Part shown: positions 29,301-38,550 of the stretch, in pieces
How positions within the stretch are numbered: the stretch's first letter is position 1
Layout of the letters: each line of letters starts with the position of its first letter
Source: Candidatus Multivoradales bacterium
Lineage (GTDB): Bacteria > Acidobacteriota > Thermoanaerobaculia > Multivoradales > Multivoraceae
NCBI GenBank assembly: GCA_965223325.1
Contig: CBDCWI010000002.1
Coordinates: forward strand, 2,144,001 to 2,208,000
DNA length: 64,000 bases
Reading direction: 5' to 3'
Notes under the pieces: generated by a model
Told to the model about the DNA's origin: nothing
The model's database searches: none
The model's input: the letters and a program-made list of their open reading frames with translations, nothing else
Position numbers and translations under genes: made by a program

Positions 29301-30822
29301 CGTCACTGTTCGTGTATCCGTCGAGATCTTCATCCAGCAGGCTGCTGTCGGTGCCCTGGCACTCGCTCGGGCCTCCGCCGTCGAAATCGTCGGGTTCGAA
29401 AACGCTGACTACGCTCTCGGCGTAATCGACGACCCACACGGTTCCAGGAAAGAGATCGCCGTCGCCCTGGGCAACGACATCCAGGGGAATCGCATTGACG
29501 CCACTGAACAGGCTGCTGGGAGGAGCGACCAGGTCATCGCCAGCGGCGTTGAGCTGCAGCCTCGAGATCACCCCGCCAAAACTCACCACCACCAGGTTGC
29601 CGCTCAAGACACCACCAAAGTTCGAGGCTGTGTACTCGGTGATGCCATTGGTGGAACTGGGAAACTCCGCCAGGCTCCCGTTACTACTCGGTGGGAAGTG
29701 AGAACACTCCACGGGGTTCGAGAAGGGCACCGGTGACTGGGGGTTGGTCACGTTCCAGGTGTTGGCCTGGTTTCCTCGTGTGGGATTGGGGTGACCGCCG
29801 TAGTAGCCCTCCTGGCTGATGAAGTGCAGAGCATCCAGGAAGCTCGGGCCGCCGTTCTCGAGCTGGTTGGAGCAGGTATTCGGATCGGGTGGTGCCCCGA
29901 AGTTTCCGTTGGCACCGTTGTCTACCGTGTAGAGGTTGCCCTGGGTTGTCAGCACGACATCGTAGGCGTTGCGCCAGCCGGGCGAGAACACCTGCACAGG
30001 ACCACCCGGATCGATGATCGCCTGGTTCTTGCCACCGTTACCACCGAACGGATCGTTTACGTCTTCGCTGCCGGCCCGGTCTTCGTCGTCGAGCGTTGGC
30101 AGGTCGTAAGTCGTGTTGCCTATGGCGTCCAGATCAATCGACAACAGAGCCGCCGAAAGGGCGTACTCGGGCAACAAGCCGAAGACGCTCGAGGGCGCGC
30201 CACTGTTGGTGTGACCACCAGACATCATGTACAGGGTGTTGGTGGAGGGATCGAGAGCCATGCCGTTGCTGGCGTGGTTCTCCTCCGAACGTGGAAGCCC
30301 ACGAACCAGGTCGAGCTTCACCCAGGTCGACCCGCTCCAACTCAGCCGGCTGAGAATGCCCGAGTTTGTGTCGAGTGTCAGCGCCGGAGGTTCTGTGTTG
30401 CCAGCTGTGATCCTGGGGTCAGAAGACGTCACGTAGAGGACCGGGTTCGATGACGTCCCAGACACCAGAAGACCAGTGACCTGCCGGGTGTTGACGGTCG
30501 GGTTGGGCTGGCCGTTGTCGTTGTGGTTGGGGATGCTTTGAATCAAAGTGATGGTTTCAGTACCAGTCACCCCGTAGTTGTTGGGCCCGATCCTCACAAT
30601 GTCGACGACCGTGATCAGACCATCCTGCTGTGCCACATAAAGCCTGTCGTCGGGTCCGAACTGGAGGGACGTTGGGTTGGTCACCGACACGCCAGAGAGC
30701 TCGGAAGCGCCGAAACTCTGCGCATGGAGCGGGCTTTGGGCGATCGCGAGCAGCACCAGGCCCATGGTCAGTTGTAGAGCGATCCGACACACGGCGCGAA
30801 CCTTCGCGGTCAATACAATCAT
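26314..30822 (-). CDS. Large secreted protein: beta-propeller (GSDH-like), Ca-binding Asp-rich repeats, 3 malectin and 2 putative Ig domains
   Basis: Signal peptide; GLPRSEENH, GWRNAYD; DEDLDG / DDNDG; 3x YRVNAGG...YEVRLYFAE...AIEV; 2x DPDGDPLTWSASGLP. Confidence 0.88.
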   Translation of the reverse strand: MIVLTAKVRAVCRIALQLTMGLVLLAIAQSPLHAQSFGASELSGVSVTNPTSLQFGPDDRLYVAQQDGLITVVDIVRIGPNNYGVTGTETITLIQSIPNHNDNGQPNPTVNTRQVTGLLVSGTSSNPVLYVTSSDPRITAGNTEPPALTLDTNSGILSRLSWSGSTWVKLDLVRGLPRSEENHASNGMALDPSTNTLYMMSGGHTNSGAPSSVFGLLPEYALSAALLSIDLDAIGNTTYDLPTLDDEDRAGSEDVNDPFGGNGGKNQAIIDPGGPVQVFSPGWRNAYDVVLTTQGNLYTVDNGANGNFGAPPDPNTCSNQLENGGPSFLDALHFISQEGYYGGHPNPTRGNQANTWNVTNPQSPVPFSNPVECSHFPPSSNGSLAEFPSSTNGITEYTASNFGGVLSGNLVVVSFGGVISRLQLNAAGDDLVAPPSSLFSGVNAIPLDVVAQGDGDLFPGTVWVVDYAESVVSVFEPDDFDGGGPSECQGTDSSLLDEDLDGYTNSDEIDNDTNPCSAGSIPADFDADFVSDLNDPNDDNDGLLDNQDPFALDPSNGAGTNLPVTLTWNNGEPPRGGLLDLGFTGLMTNGVDYSQLFDADVIIPGGAPGVYAVLEVPAGDAFEGLDSQQFGMQFGINVGSDSPPFTAQVQLIAPFQPALEAESATGLFFGTGDQNNYIEVSAVANGGVGGIEVGVEVNGVHSSTLFGPGQGVSISSADKVQVSLQIDPQTASAQPMIQIDSQPSLTLGNPISFPVSWLLGVTRPAVGVLATSRGAPAPFVATWDDLFVFEHPVGEPENVLYRVNAGGPQVSATDGGLPWEADTQFNPSIYNNSAVAGNHVSSVGSAISLAHPSIPAGTPPVILQSERWDQPTGAEMSWSFPVAPGSYEVRLYFAETIYGNPGQRVADVLVEGALLANDLDVISEVGMNAGIVLSDVVVVGDGALTVDFVHVVENPMIKAIEVISQSGGGGGNQAPVLTGPAPQVGTVGDGVSLLLQAQDPDGDPLTWSASGLPPSLTLNAGTGLISGTLSVAGTFNPTVTASDGEASDSASFAFTVNSVPPPGGATVLYRVNAGGPEVSATDGGLPWEADTQPNPSIYNNSAVAGNHVSSVGSAISLAHPSIPAGTPPVILQSERWDQPTGAEMSWSFPVAPGSYEVRLYFAETIYGNPGQRVADVLVEGALLANDLDVISEVGMNAGIVLTDVVAVDDGAVTVDFVHVVENPMIKAIEVIAQSGGGGGNQAPVLTEPADQVGTVGDGVSLLLQAQDPDGDPLTWSASGLPPSLTLNASTGLISGTLSVAGTFNPTVTASDGEASDSASFAFTVNSVPPPGGATVLYRVNAGGPEVSAADGGLPWEADTQSNPSIYNNSAVAGNHVSSVGSAISLAHPSIPAGTPPMILQSERWDKPTGAEMSWSFPVASGTYEVRLYFAETIYGNSGQRVADVLVEGALLANDLDVISEVGMNAGIVLSDVVAVDDGAVTVDFVHVVENPMVKAIEVLSSE
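26320..28430. repeat. Intragenic tandem repeat, 804-bp period, about 2.6 copies
   Basis: 26807-27066 matches 27611-27870 with one mismatch seen (26958/27762); three malectin copies in register. Confidence 0.92.
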
Positions 30823-30900
30823 CTGTCTGTTCTCCGAGGGAATCCAGAGAGTGTAGCCGCGCCGTCATCGTTCGCAGAGGCCTGTGTGAAGGCCAGAGCC

Positions 30901-30951
30901 ATGGCTATTGCACTCGTGCTATAGTGGCTATTCAACAAGTGCAATAGCCAT
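30901..30951. promoter_or_regulatory. Perfect 14-bp inverted repeat ATGGCTATTGCACT...AGTGCAATAGCCAT, likely double PadR operator
   Basis: Arms at 30901-30914 and 30938-30951; each half is itself quasi-palindromic. Confidence 0.7.
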
Positions 30952-30972
30952 AAAGACCTGGAGAACGCGACG

Positions 30973-31617
30973 ATGAGCCTCGACCACATCTTGCTGGGCA
31001 TCTTGAGGAAACCCGAATCGGGTTACTCGCTCAAGCAGCACTTCGATTCCGTGTTCAGCCACTTCTGGGCGGCCGAAATCAGTCAGATCTATCGCCAGCT
31101 CAAGAGCCTCGAGGGGAGAGGGTTTCTCGAGAGCTGGGAAGAGCCTTCTGCCAAGGGCCCACCAAAGCGCCTCTACCGAACGACTTCTAAGGGGCAGCAC
31201 GAGCTCCTGCGGTGGATTACAAGCGGCCCGCAGATCGCAGATCGCAGGGTCCCCTATCTGGGCCAGCTCTGCAATCTTCACACGCTTCCAGATCACCAGG
31301 CGCGGGTTTCGTTCTTCTACGAACTCCGCGAGCACTTCGCGACCCGACTCCAGGTCCTCACCGAGCTCGACGCATCTCTCCAGGCAGAGAGGCCTGCGCC
31401 AGATGAAGATGCCCTGGAAGGGCTGTGTGGCCATATGGTGCTCCGCCACGGCATCCACCGGGCCCAGGCCCTGCTCGCCTGGTGCGACGAGAGCATCGAG
31501 CGGCTGGTCGCCCAGCGAACGCAGAGTCCAACGTCAGTGAGCGAACACCGCTCGCCACCCGAAACAGAAGTTCGGCGCCCGCCGAGCGGAGTGGGCGATC
31601 TTGGAGAACCTTCATGA
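30973..31617 (+). CDS. PadR family regulator with long C-terminal domain
   Basis: MSLDHILLG.L..P.SGY.LK..F....SHFW.A..SQIY motif. Confidence 0.9.
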   Translation: MSLDHILLGILRKPESGYSLKQHFDSVFSHFWAAEISQIYRQLKSLEGRGFLESWEEPSAKGPPKRLYRTTSKGQHELLRWITSGPQIADRRVPYLGQLCNLHTLPDHQARVSFFYELREHFATRLQVLTELDASLQAERPAPDEDALEGLCGHMVLRHGIHRAQALLAWCDESIERLVAQRTQSPTSVSEHRSPPETEVRRPPSGVGDLGEPS

Positions 31618-32357
31618 ACGAAGCTGCGCCTGCCCTTTTCGACCCTCAGGTTTACCTCGCCCTGCGCAACGCTCATCTGGTTCTGGGCTCCGTTTCGCTG
31701 CTCCTCTTCTGGCTCCAGATCGCGAAACGAAAGGGCGGTCAGAATCACCGGTGGATTGGCTGGTGTTACCTGGTGGCCATGCTCGGTGTCTTGATGACCG
31801 CGATTCCCATGACGCTCTTCATCGGGCACCAGGGCCAGATCGAGGCTGCGATGCTACTCGGCTTCCTGGTCCTGATCACAGCTGCTGCAGGTGTCGATGC
31901 GATCCAGGCCTCGCGGCATCGGCAGTCGAACGCGTGGATGCGCGGTCCGCTGGCGTGGGGAACCACGGTTGCGATCCTCGTCTACTCGATCCTGATGCTG
32001 ATCCTCTTCGCGCGGACCGGGTTTCCCCTCCTGATCGTTCTCGCGCTGCTGGGTTTTCTCGGAACGGTGGAGCACGTCACGAAGGTACGGGGTCAGAAAC
32101 CGTACTCCTGGGTCCACGAGCACGTCGACGGAGTGATCGCGACCGGAATCGCCGTGCACGTGGCGTTTCTTTCGTTCGGTCTGCGGCGCATTCTCGGGGG
32201 TGGTGGCCTTTGGCTGATCTCGGCGTTTGTCTTTCCCTTTGCGGTGGGTCACTTGATGACGGTCTACTTCCGCCGCAAGCTCACGCCGCGATCCGTAGCA
32301 CCTGTAGAGCCGCGCACGGACACAAGCATGACCGAGGGTCGTGTTCCGCACCTCTAG
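31614..32357 (+). CDS. Membrane protein with conserved His residues (DUF2306-like)
   Basis: AHLVLG..RKGG.NHRWIG..Y and W..EH motifs; ATGA overlap with padR. Confidence 0.75.
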   Translation: MNEAAPALFDPQVYLALRNAHLVLGSVSLLLFWLQIAKRKGGQNHRWIGWCYLVAMLGVLMTAIPMTLFIGHQGQIEAAMLLGFLVLITAAAGVDAIQASRHRQSNAWMRGPLAWGTTVAILVYSILMLILFARTGFPLLIVLALLGFLGTVEHVTKVRGQKPYSWVHEHVDGVIATGIAVHVAFLSFGLRRILGGGGLWLISAFVFPFAVGHLMTVYFRRKLTPRSVAPVEPRTDTSMTEGRVPHL

Positions 32358-32371
32358 TTCGCGACGCAGCC

Positions 32372-33571
32372 CTACACCGACCGCGCCTTCGCCTCAACCA
32401 CGGCCCCACTTTCCAGGAGGGCCGCGCACTTGTCGTCGTTGTAGCCGAGGTCCTTGAGGATCTCGCGGCTGTGCTCGCCGAGCTGGGGAGCGGGCCCGGC
32501 GATCTCACTCGGAGTGGCGCTGAAGCGGGCCGGCGGCCGGGCCTGGCGCACTTCGCCAAATCCCGGGTAGGTCGTGTAGTGGACCGAAGCGTTCGTCTGG
32601 ACCTGAGGTGAATCGAGCAACTCCATGCGGGTCAAGAGTGGCGCGCTGGGAACGTCGTGCGCATCGAGCCGCTCGAGAATCTCGGCGGTTGGCCACTTGG
32701 CGATCTCATCGGCGGTGATCTTCTTCCTCTCATCGGCGTTGAGCCCGCGCTGAAGCGGCGTTCTGAACCGTTCGTCGTCGATGAGTTCCTCGCGCTCGAG
32801 CGCTTTGCACATTCCTTCCCACTCGCGGTTCGAAATCGCGCCGGCCGTAATGTGGCCGTCCTTGGTTTCGAACACCAGGTCCATCACGCCCTGGAGCTCC
32901 CTGACGTCGTACTCGTTCTCGGCAAAGGTCAGACCGCCCATGCCCTCGGGCCAGAAGAACGACAGCATGGTCTCTAGCATGCTGAGGCGAATGTGCTGCC
33001 CCTCGCCGGTGCGTTCGCGATGAAAGAGCGCTGAAGAGATGGCTTGCGCCGCGGTCACCGACGTCACCTTGTCGGCGATGATGATGCGAAACATTTTCGG
33101 CTCACCGGTCGCGCGGTCGGCCTGGATGTCGGTGGCACCGGAAAGGGCCTGAATCACAGGGTCGTAGACGCGCTTGTGGGCGTAGGGGCCGCTCTCGCCG
33201 AAGCCCGAGATGGACACGTAGATAACGTTCTCGTTCAGTTCGCGCACTTCTCCTTCACCGAAGCCCATGCGCTCGATGGCGCCCGGGCGAAAGTTCTGCA
33301 CAAGCACGTCGGTCTCCCGCAAGAGGTCGCGAAGTACCTCCTTTCCTTCGTCGCTCTTGAGGTCGAGGGCGATCGACTTCTTGCCGCGGTTGCAGGAGTA
33401 AAAGATCGCCGAAACACCGTTGTGGGGCGTACCGAGATAGCGCATCTGCTCACCTCGAGTTGGCTCGACTTTGATCACCTCGGCGCCCTGGTCGGCCAGA
33501 ATCATGGCGGCGAGAGGGCCTGAGACCATCGCCGTCAGGTCGAGAACACGAACTCCAGCTAGTGGGCCCAT
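32372..33571 (-). CDS. Family III CoA-transferase (CaiB/BaiF)
   Basis: PLAGVRVLDL, GAEVIKVE, NRGKKSIALDLK and NFRPG motifs. Confidence 0.93.
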   Translation of the reverse strand: MGPLAGVRVLDLTAMVSGPLAAMILADQGAEVIKVEPTRGEQMRYLGTPHNGVSAIFYSCNRGKKSIALDLKSDEGKEVLRDLLRETDVLVQNFRPGAIERMGFGEGEVRELNENVIYVSISGFGESGPYAHKRVYDPVIQALSGATDIQADRATGEPKMFRIIIADKVTSVTAAQAISSALFHRERTGEGQHIRLSMLETMLSFFWPEGMGGLTFAENEYDVRELQGVMDLVFETKDGHITAGAISNREWEGMCKALEREELIDDERFRTPLQRGLNADERKKITADEIAKWPTAEILERLDAHDVPSAPLLTRMELLDSPQVQTNASVHYTTYPGFGEVRQARPPARFSATPSEIAGPAPQLGEHSREILKDLGYNDDKCAALLESGAVVEAKARSV

Positions 33572-34206
33572 GGCGCAATGTCCTTCCCGTAGTTCTGTTG
33601 CATCGCCCGGCGGTACGCTTGGCGCTCGAAGATGCGCTCACGATACGTCGCGAGCCCAGTGGGCACATCGACCCTGTAGACAACGGCCCAGTCTAGGCAA
33701 CTCTGAAGAAAGACATCGGCAAGGCCGAAGCCACCATCGAGAACCGTAGCGCGACCGTCGAGCAGTTGACAGGCAGCGCGCAGTTGACGCGCTGCGTAGT
33801 CGCGCGACGCTTCTACCACCATCGGGGCACTACCGTAGATCTCGCCCAGATCGCCGTGTCGCCGCATGACGTAGAGGCTGGTTTCGTCGATTTCACCGTA
33901 GATGTGGCAACACCACTCGTCTTCGCGGGCGCGCTCCTGGGGACTCATCGGTCGATAGATGGCCGGGCCCGGAAACGCCTCGGTCAAGTAGCGGCAAATG
34001 GCCAGGCTCTCGGTGAGCCGAAAGTCTCCATGGATCAGGAGCGGGATCTTCTGCTTGGGAGTGAGCGCTTTGAACTCAGACGTGCGTGTTTCACCGGTGC
34101 GCGGACCGATCGGCTTCAGGTCGTAGGCCAGGCCCAGCTCTTCGGCGACCCAGATCGGCCGAAGCGTGCGGACCGTGCCGGCGCCCCAGAGCGTGATGTC
34201 TGTCAT
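33559..34206 (-). CDS. Glutathione S-transferase family protein
   Basis: P..KIP.L, LTESLAIC.YL and F.LADV motifs. Confidence 0.88.
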   Translation of the reverse strand: MTDITLWGAGTVRTLRPIWVAEELGLAYDLKPIGPRTGETRTSEFKALTPKQKIPLLIHGDFRLTESLAICRYLTEAFPGPAIYRPMSPQERAREDEWCCHIYGEIDETSLYVMRRHGDLGEIYGSAPMVVEASRDYAARQLRAACQLLDGRATVLDGGFGLADVFLQSCLDWAVVYRVDVPTGLATYRERIFERQAYRRAMQQNYGKDIAPWAH

Positions 34207-34221
34207 GACCCCTCGCTAGAA

Positions 34222-35001
34222 CTAGATCTCGACACGGTGATTCCACCAGCTGATGTCTGAGAACGATCGTAGGTCGAGTTCGAAGGTCCATGTCGAGCGG
34301 TGTTGCTGGGCGACATGAAAGTACGTCTCGGCGATCTTCTCCGGCAGGAGCAACCCATCGTGCTCGCGGCCGCGACTTTTGCGCAACTCTTCGAAGCGTT
34401 CGGGCCCGAGCATCTTGCCGAGCGTGTCGGGGGCGTCGACTGCGCCGTCGACGACGAAGTGGGCGATGTGGATCCCCTGCGATGCGAACTCGGCGTTCAA
34501 GGTCTGGCACAGCATGCGGCGACCGCCCATTGCCGCGGCGTGGGAGTGCTGGCCGGCGTTCCCGCGCACCGCCGCCGTTGCTGAGGTCACCAGCAGTGTT
34601 CCCTTGCCGCGCGCGACCATATGCGGGATGGCTGCCTGCGCGACTCGAAAGAGCGCCAAGGTCGCCATGCGCCAGCCGAGCTCGAAGGCCTTCAGGCTGG
34701 TGTCTGACAGCTTGCGGTTTCCGATCTGAGCTCCCAGGTTGAAGACCACGACCTCGATCGGCCCGATGTCGGCTTCGACCTCGGCGACGAGTTCTTCGAT
34801 GCTGTTTTCCTTGACGGCGTCGAGAAGCCTGCCGGTGGCCTGGCCGTCGGCTGCTTCGATCGCACCCGCCAGGCGATCCAGGCCCTCCCGGTCACTGCGG
34901 CGGCACAAGACGGCGTGGTAGCCATCACGGGCGAAGCGGGCTCCAACGGTGCCGCCGATGCCGGCGCCGGCGCCAATAACGAGACAGACAGGTCGATCCA
35001 C
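34222..35001 (-). CDS. SDR family oxidoreductase (atypical active site)
   Basis: GAGAGIG Rossmann motif, T.ATA..RG, IH.AH.VVDG; AGGAGG RBS. Confidence 0.88.
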   Translation of the reverse strand: MDRPVCLVIGAGAGIGGTVGARFARDGYHAVLCRRSDREGLDRLAGAIEAADGQATGRLLDAVKENSIEELVAEVEADIGPIEVVVFNLGAQIGNRKLSDTSLKAFELGWRMATLALFRVAQAAIPHMVARGKGTLLVTSATAAVRGNAGQHSHAAAMGGRRMLCQTLNAEFASQGIHIAHFVVDGAVDAPDTLGKMLGPERFEELRKSRGREHDGLLLPEKIAETYFHVAQQHRSTWTFELDLRSFSDISWWNHRVEI

Positions 35002-35334
35002 AGCATGTCCTCCTAGCTAGTCGTTTCCTATGCAAACCGACACTCCTTCGTGTCGAACAGGCCACACTGTCTCCTACTCCTCCCTCAGCATCAAGGGCTT
35101 TGGATGGAGTTCAGCCCGAGTCCCTCATCCACTCTTAGGCAGTCCAGGGCTCGAAGTTCGCGCTCCGCTGTTACCTTGTCCGAAGCGTCGGAACACACTT
35201 GATTGAATCAGCTGCTGCTCGCCGGCAATGATGACCTCTCTTGAATCGATGGCGCGAGTGCATGGGGATGCGCGTCGAAGATCGGTTCGGGCGGCAGCGC
35301 AAACTAGGCGGGGACTTCAGGCGCGCCCAGTGCC

Positions 35335-38055
35335 CTATTCGCTGCGCAAGACGTTCGCCGGATCGACGGCCGAAGCGCGGCGCGCTGGAATCAGGCTTGC
35401 CATCATCACCACCCCCGAGATTGCCAGCGCAACGGAAACCATGGTTAGCGGATCGCTGGGTGCAACCAGGATCAGAAACGATCTCGCTAGCTGCGCCACG
35501 GCAATCCCCACAACAGCACCGACGATCACCCCCGGCACAGCCAGCCGTACCGCGTCCATCATCACATGCGCCAGGACGCCATCGCGGCGTGCGCCAAGCG
35601 CCATGCGAATTCCGATCTCGCGAGTTCGGCGGGCAACCATCAGCGCGACGATGCCGTAGATTCCCACCGCCGAAAGAAGAATCGCGATCAGGCCGAGAAT
35701 CGAGGTCACTGAGGCAGCGATCTTCTGTGGCAGGGTCGCCATGCCGGTCACCCGCTCGAGCGGTGTGACCGGGGTCAGCGAAACACTCGGGTCGATGCTC
35801 AGAACGGCTCGCTCCAAGGCTGTCGCATCGATCAGATGCCCCGCCTCTCCGCGCACCGAAAGAGTCGCCTGCGGTGAGTAGGCCTGCATCAACGGTAGGT
35901 AGACGAACGGCTGCGGCGGCTCGGTGATCGATGTGTTGATGACGTTCGTCGTCACGCCGACGATGCGATAGGGCGGAAGGTCGTCTTCGCCCTCGAAGCG
36001 TAGTGTCTTGCCGATTGCAGGCTCGCCCGGCCAGGCAGTGCGGACGAACTCTGCGGTGACCATTGCCACGCGTTCGCTTCCTCGAACGTCGCTGTCGCGG
36101 AAGGCGCGGCCGGCCTCGAGCTCGATTCCGAGCGTTTCCAGGTAGTCGGCGGTGACGTGATTGAGCGAAACGCCGAGCCCTGAGTCGGCAGTCTGCCAGC
36201 CTTCTGGAAACACCGCAGTACCCCGCGAGGTCATGTCGAGCGGCAGGTCGAGGGAGAACGCTGTCGCCTCGACCCCGGGAAGGGCGGCCACGCGGTCCAG
36301 AACCTGGTCGTAGAACGCTGTTCCTCGTTCCTGCGAGTCGTACCCCTCGAGCGACAGGTCGACGGTGGTCGTCACCACGCCACGGCCATCAAAGCCGGTT
36401 TCGACCTCGCCGATCTTCTGCAGCGATCGCAGGAAGAGACCGGCGGTGATCAACAGCACCATCGAAGCCGCGATCTGAGCGGTCACCAGCAAGCGTCGCA
36501 AACGGCCCTTGCGGAACCCATCCCCCACACCCCGCAGACCCGCTACCAGATCGGGTCGACTCGCCTGCAGAGCCGGCATGACACCGAAGGTGATGCCGGT
36601 CACCAGCGTGACCGCCAAGGCGACCAGGAGAACGCGTAGATCCGGGCTGAGATCGAGATCCACCCGCACCGGAGCCGAGAAACCGGAGGAGTTCAGCGAG
36701 CGGAGACCCACAACGGCGATCGTCGCGCCCACCGCCCCGCCGATGACGAACAAGAGCATCGCCTCGACGAGGAGCTGACGCACGAGCTGCCAACGACTCG
36801 AGCCGATCGCCAGCCGCACCGCGACCTCTTTCTCGCGTGCCGCTGCATTGGCCACCAACATGCCACCGACGTTCGAACAGGTGGCCACCAGGACGAGGCC
36901 CACGAGCCCAGCCAACACCGCGAGGAACCCCTGGACACCTTCACGCGCCCCGCCCGGAACCGGGCCGAGGGCCACCAACTGAACGCCACGGTCGCGGTTG
37001 CTCTCCGGATACTCGCGCGCCAGGCGCTCGAAGACGGTCTCCGCCGCCGCCTGCCCCTCGGCGATCGAAACGCCCTCGGCCAACCGGCCGACGGCCATCA
37101 GCCACGAGGCTCGCCGGCTTGCCGCGCGTGGTGTGCCGTCGAAAGCGGCCTGACGAAACTCCGGATGCTGACCCAGCGGCAGCCAGACGTCGGGATCAAA
37201 GCCGATGAAGTGACCCTTGAACTCTTTCGGTAGGACACCAACGACCGTCATCGACTCACGGCTGATCGGAATCGACCGACCGACGATCTCTAGGTCACTC
37301 CCAAACCGATTCTCCCAGGTCGAGTGACTGAGAATGACCACCGATTCACCCGCCGCGCCGGCGCCTTCCTCCTCGGTGAACCGGCGACCCAAGAGTGGCT
37401 CCACTCCCATTAGCGGCAGGTAGCTCCCCCCGGTGTACATGGCATTCCACCGCTCGCCGCCGTCGCCCATTTCGACGCTGACGAACTCGAAGGTCAGGGC
37501 GGCGACCTCATCGAGCGCCGAGCGGGCGCCCTCGCGTAGGTCGACGAGGTCGGGATAGGTGAAGCTGTCGAAGCCAGACCCCTCGCTGGTGCGACCGAGC
37601 TCGACCAGCCTTTCATGCTGTGCGACGCCGGGCAGCGGGCGCAGCAGGAAGGTGTTGACGATCGAGAAGATCGCGGCGGTGGCCCCGATCCCGATCGCCA
37701 GCGAGGTGATGGCAATCAGCGAGAAGAGCGGCCGGCGCCGCGCGATACGACAGGCGTAGCGGCTGTCTTGCAACCAGGCGTCGGAGGTCCTCGACCAGCG
37801 CTGCTCACCGGCGCTAGCGGCCGGTTTAGAGGAAAAGCCTCGAAGCAGCCGCCAGGCGGTGGCACTGACGGCCAACGAGAGCCCGACCCGCCAGTACCAG
37901 AGCGCAGCGGCGCGAGGTCGCTTCTCACGTCGAAGCTGAAACTCCTCGAAGAGATCACCGAGAATGCTCGCGTTGGCACCGCCCGTACCGAGGCATCGGT
38001 GCAACAACCAGGTGACGATCCGCGGTGGCCGACGTTCCAGGACGACCCGACTCAC
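35335..38055 (-). CDS. ADOP-type duplicated ABC permease
   Basis: GDL.EEF, QD.RYA.R, LAIGIGA, EVAVRLAIG and EIGIRMALGA motifs; GTGA overlap with padR. Confidence 0.92.
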   Translation of the reverse strand: MSRVVLERRPPRIVTWLLHRCLGTGGANASILGDLFEEFQLRREKRPRAAALWYWRVGLSLAVSATAWRLLRGFSSKPAASAGEQRWSRTSDAWLQDSRYACRIARRRPLFSLIAITSLAIGIGATAAIFSIVNTFLLRPLPGVAQHERLVELGRTSEGSGFDSFTYPDLVDLREGARSALDEVAALTFEFVSVEMGDGGERWNAMYTGGSYLPLMGVEPLLGRRFTEEEGAGAAGESVVILSHSTWENRFGSDLEIVGRSIPISRESMTVVGVLPKEFKGHFIGFDPDVWLPLGQHPEFRQAAFDGTPRAASRRASWLMAVGRLAEGVSIAEGQAAAETVFERLAREYPESNRDRGVQLVALGPVPGGAREGVQGFLAVLAGLVGLVLVATCSNVGGMLVANAAAREKEVAVRLAIGSSRWQLVRQLLVEAMLLFVIGGAVGATIAVVGLRSLNSSGFSAPVRVDLDLSPDLRVLLVALAVTLVTGITFGVMPALQASRPDLVAGLRGVGDGFRKGRLRRLLVTAQIAASMVLLITAGLFLRSLQKIGEVETGFDGRGVVTTTVDLSLEGYDSQERGTAFYDQVLDRVAALPGVEATAFSLDLPLDMTSRGTAVFPEGWQTADSGLGVSLNHVTADYLETLGIELEAGRAFRDSDVRGSERVAMVTAEFVRTAWPGEPAIGKTLRFEGEDDLPPYRIVGVTTNVINTSITEPPQPFVYLPLMQAYSPQATLSVRGEAGHLIDATALERAVLSIDPSVSLTPVTPLERVTGMATLPQKIAASVTSILGLIAILLSAVGIYGIVALMVARRTREIGIRMALGARRDGVLAHVMMDAVRLAVPGVIVGAVVGIAVAQLARSFLILVAPSDPLTMVSVALAISGVVMMASLIPARRASAVDPANVLRSE

Positions 38056-38378
38056 TGCAAGACCTCCTCGAGGCCCGACCACAGGTCCGTCAGCACCCGC
38101 CGCGAGGCCCGCAAGGCCGCCACTCCAGCGGCGCGGACCTCGAAAGTGCGCCGCGGATGCCCGCCGCGCGCCGGTCCGCCGTCTTCGAGACGCCAACGGA
38201 GAAGCCCCTTCTCGCACAGGCGTTCGAGCGTTCGGTACAGCGCTCCGCGGGTCACCGAACGACCGGCGATGTCGCGCAGTTCCTGGCGAACCGAAATGGC
38301 GTGTGCTTCGCCGTTCTGGCGCAGAACGGCTAGAAGAACGAGCTGCTCGAGCTCGCCGAGGCGCGCGGGAGTCGGCAT
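38052..38378 (-). CDS. PadR family regulator (ADOP-associated)
   Basis: LGELEQLVLLAV..GALY.TL.RL..KG..RGG.PRR motif; AGGAG RBS. Confidence 0.9.
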   Translation of the reverse strand: MPTPARLGELEQLVLLAVLRQNGEAHAISVRQELRDIAGRSVTRGALYRTLERLCEKGLLRWRLEDGGPARGGHPRRTFEVRAAGVAALRASRRVLTDLWSGLEEVLQ

Positions 38379-38409
38379 GGCATCTCCTGATCGGTCGAGA
38401 ATCTTTCGT

Positions 38410-38434
38410 TCGATGTCTACAACTACGACATCGA
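38410..38434. promoter_or_regulatory. Inverted repeat TCGATGTC-N9-GACATCGA, likely PadR operator
   Basis: Perfect 8-bp arms about 30 bp upstream of the padR start. Confidence 0.6.
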
Positions 38435-38550
38435 TCGAGGAGAGTTTCAACACCGACGCGAAACGCTCACCTTGGCTACCGACCGACCGGTAGGTCGTGC
38501 TAGCCTCGATGGAAACCCGCAAACGCCGAGCAAGGAATGGAGAGTGGCCG

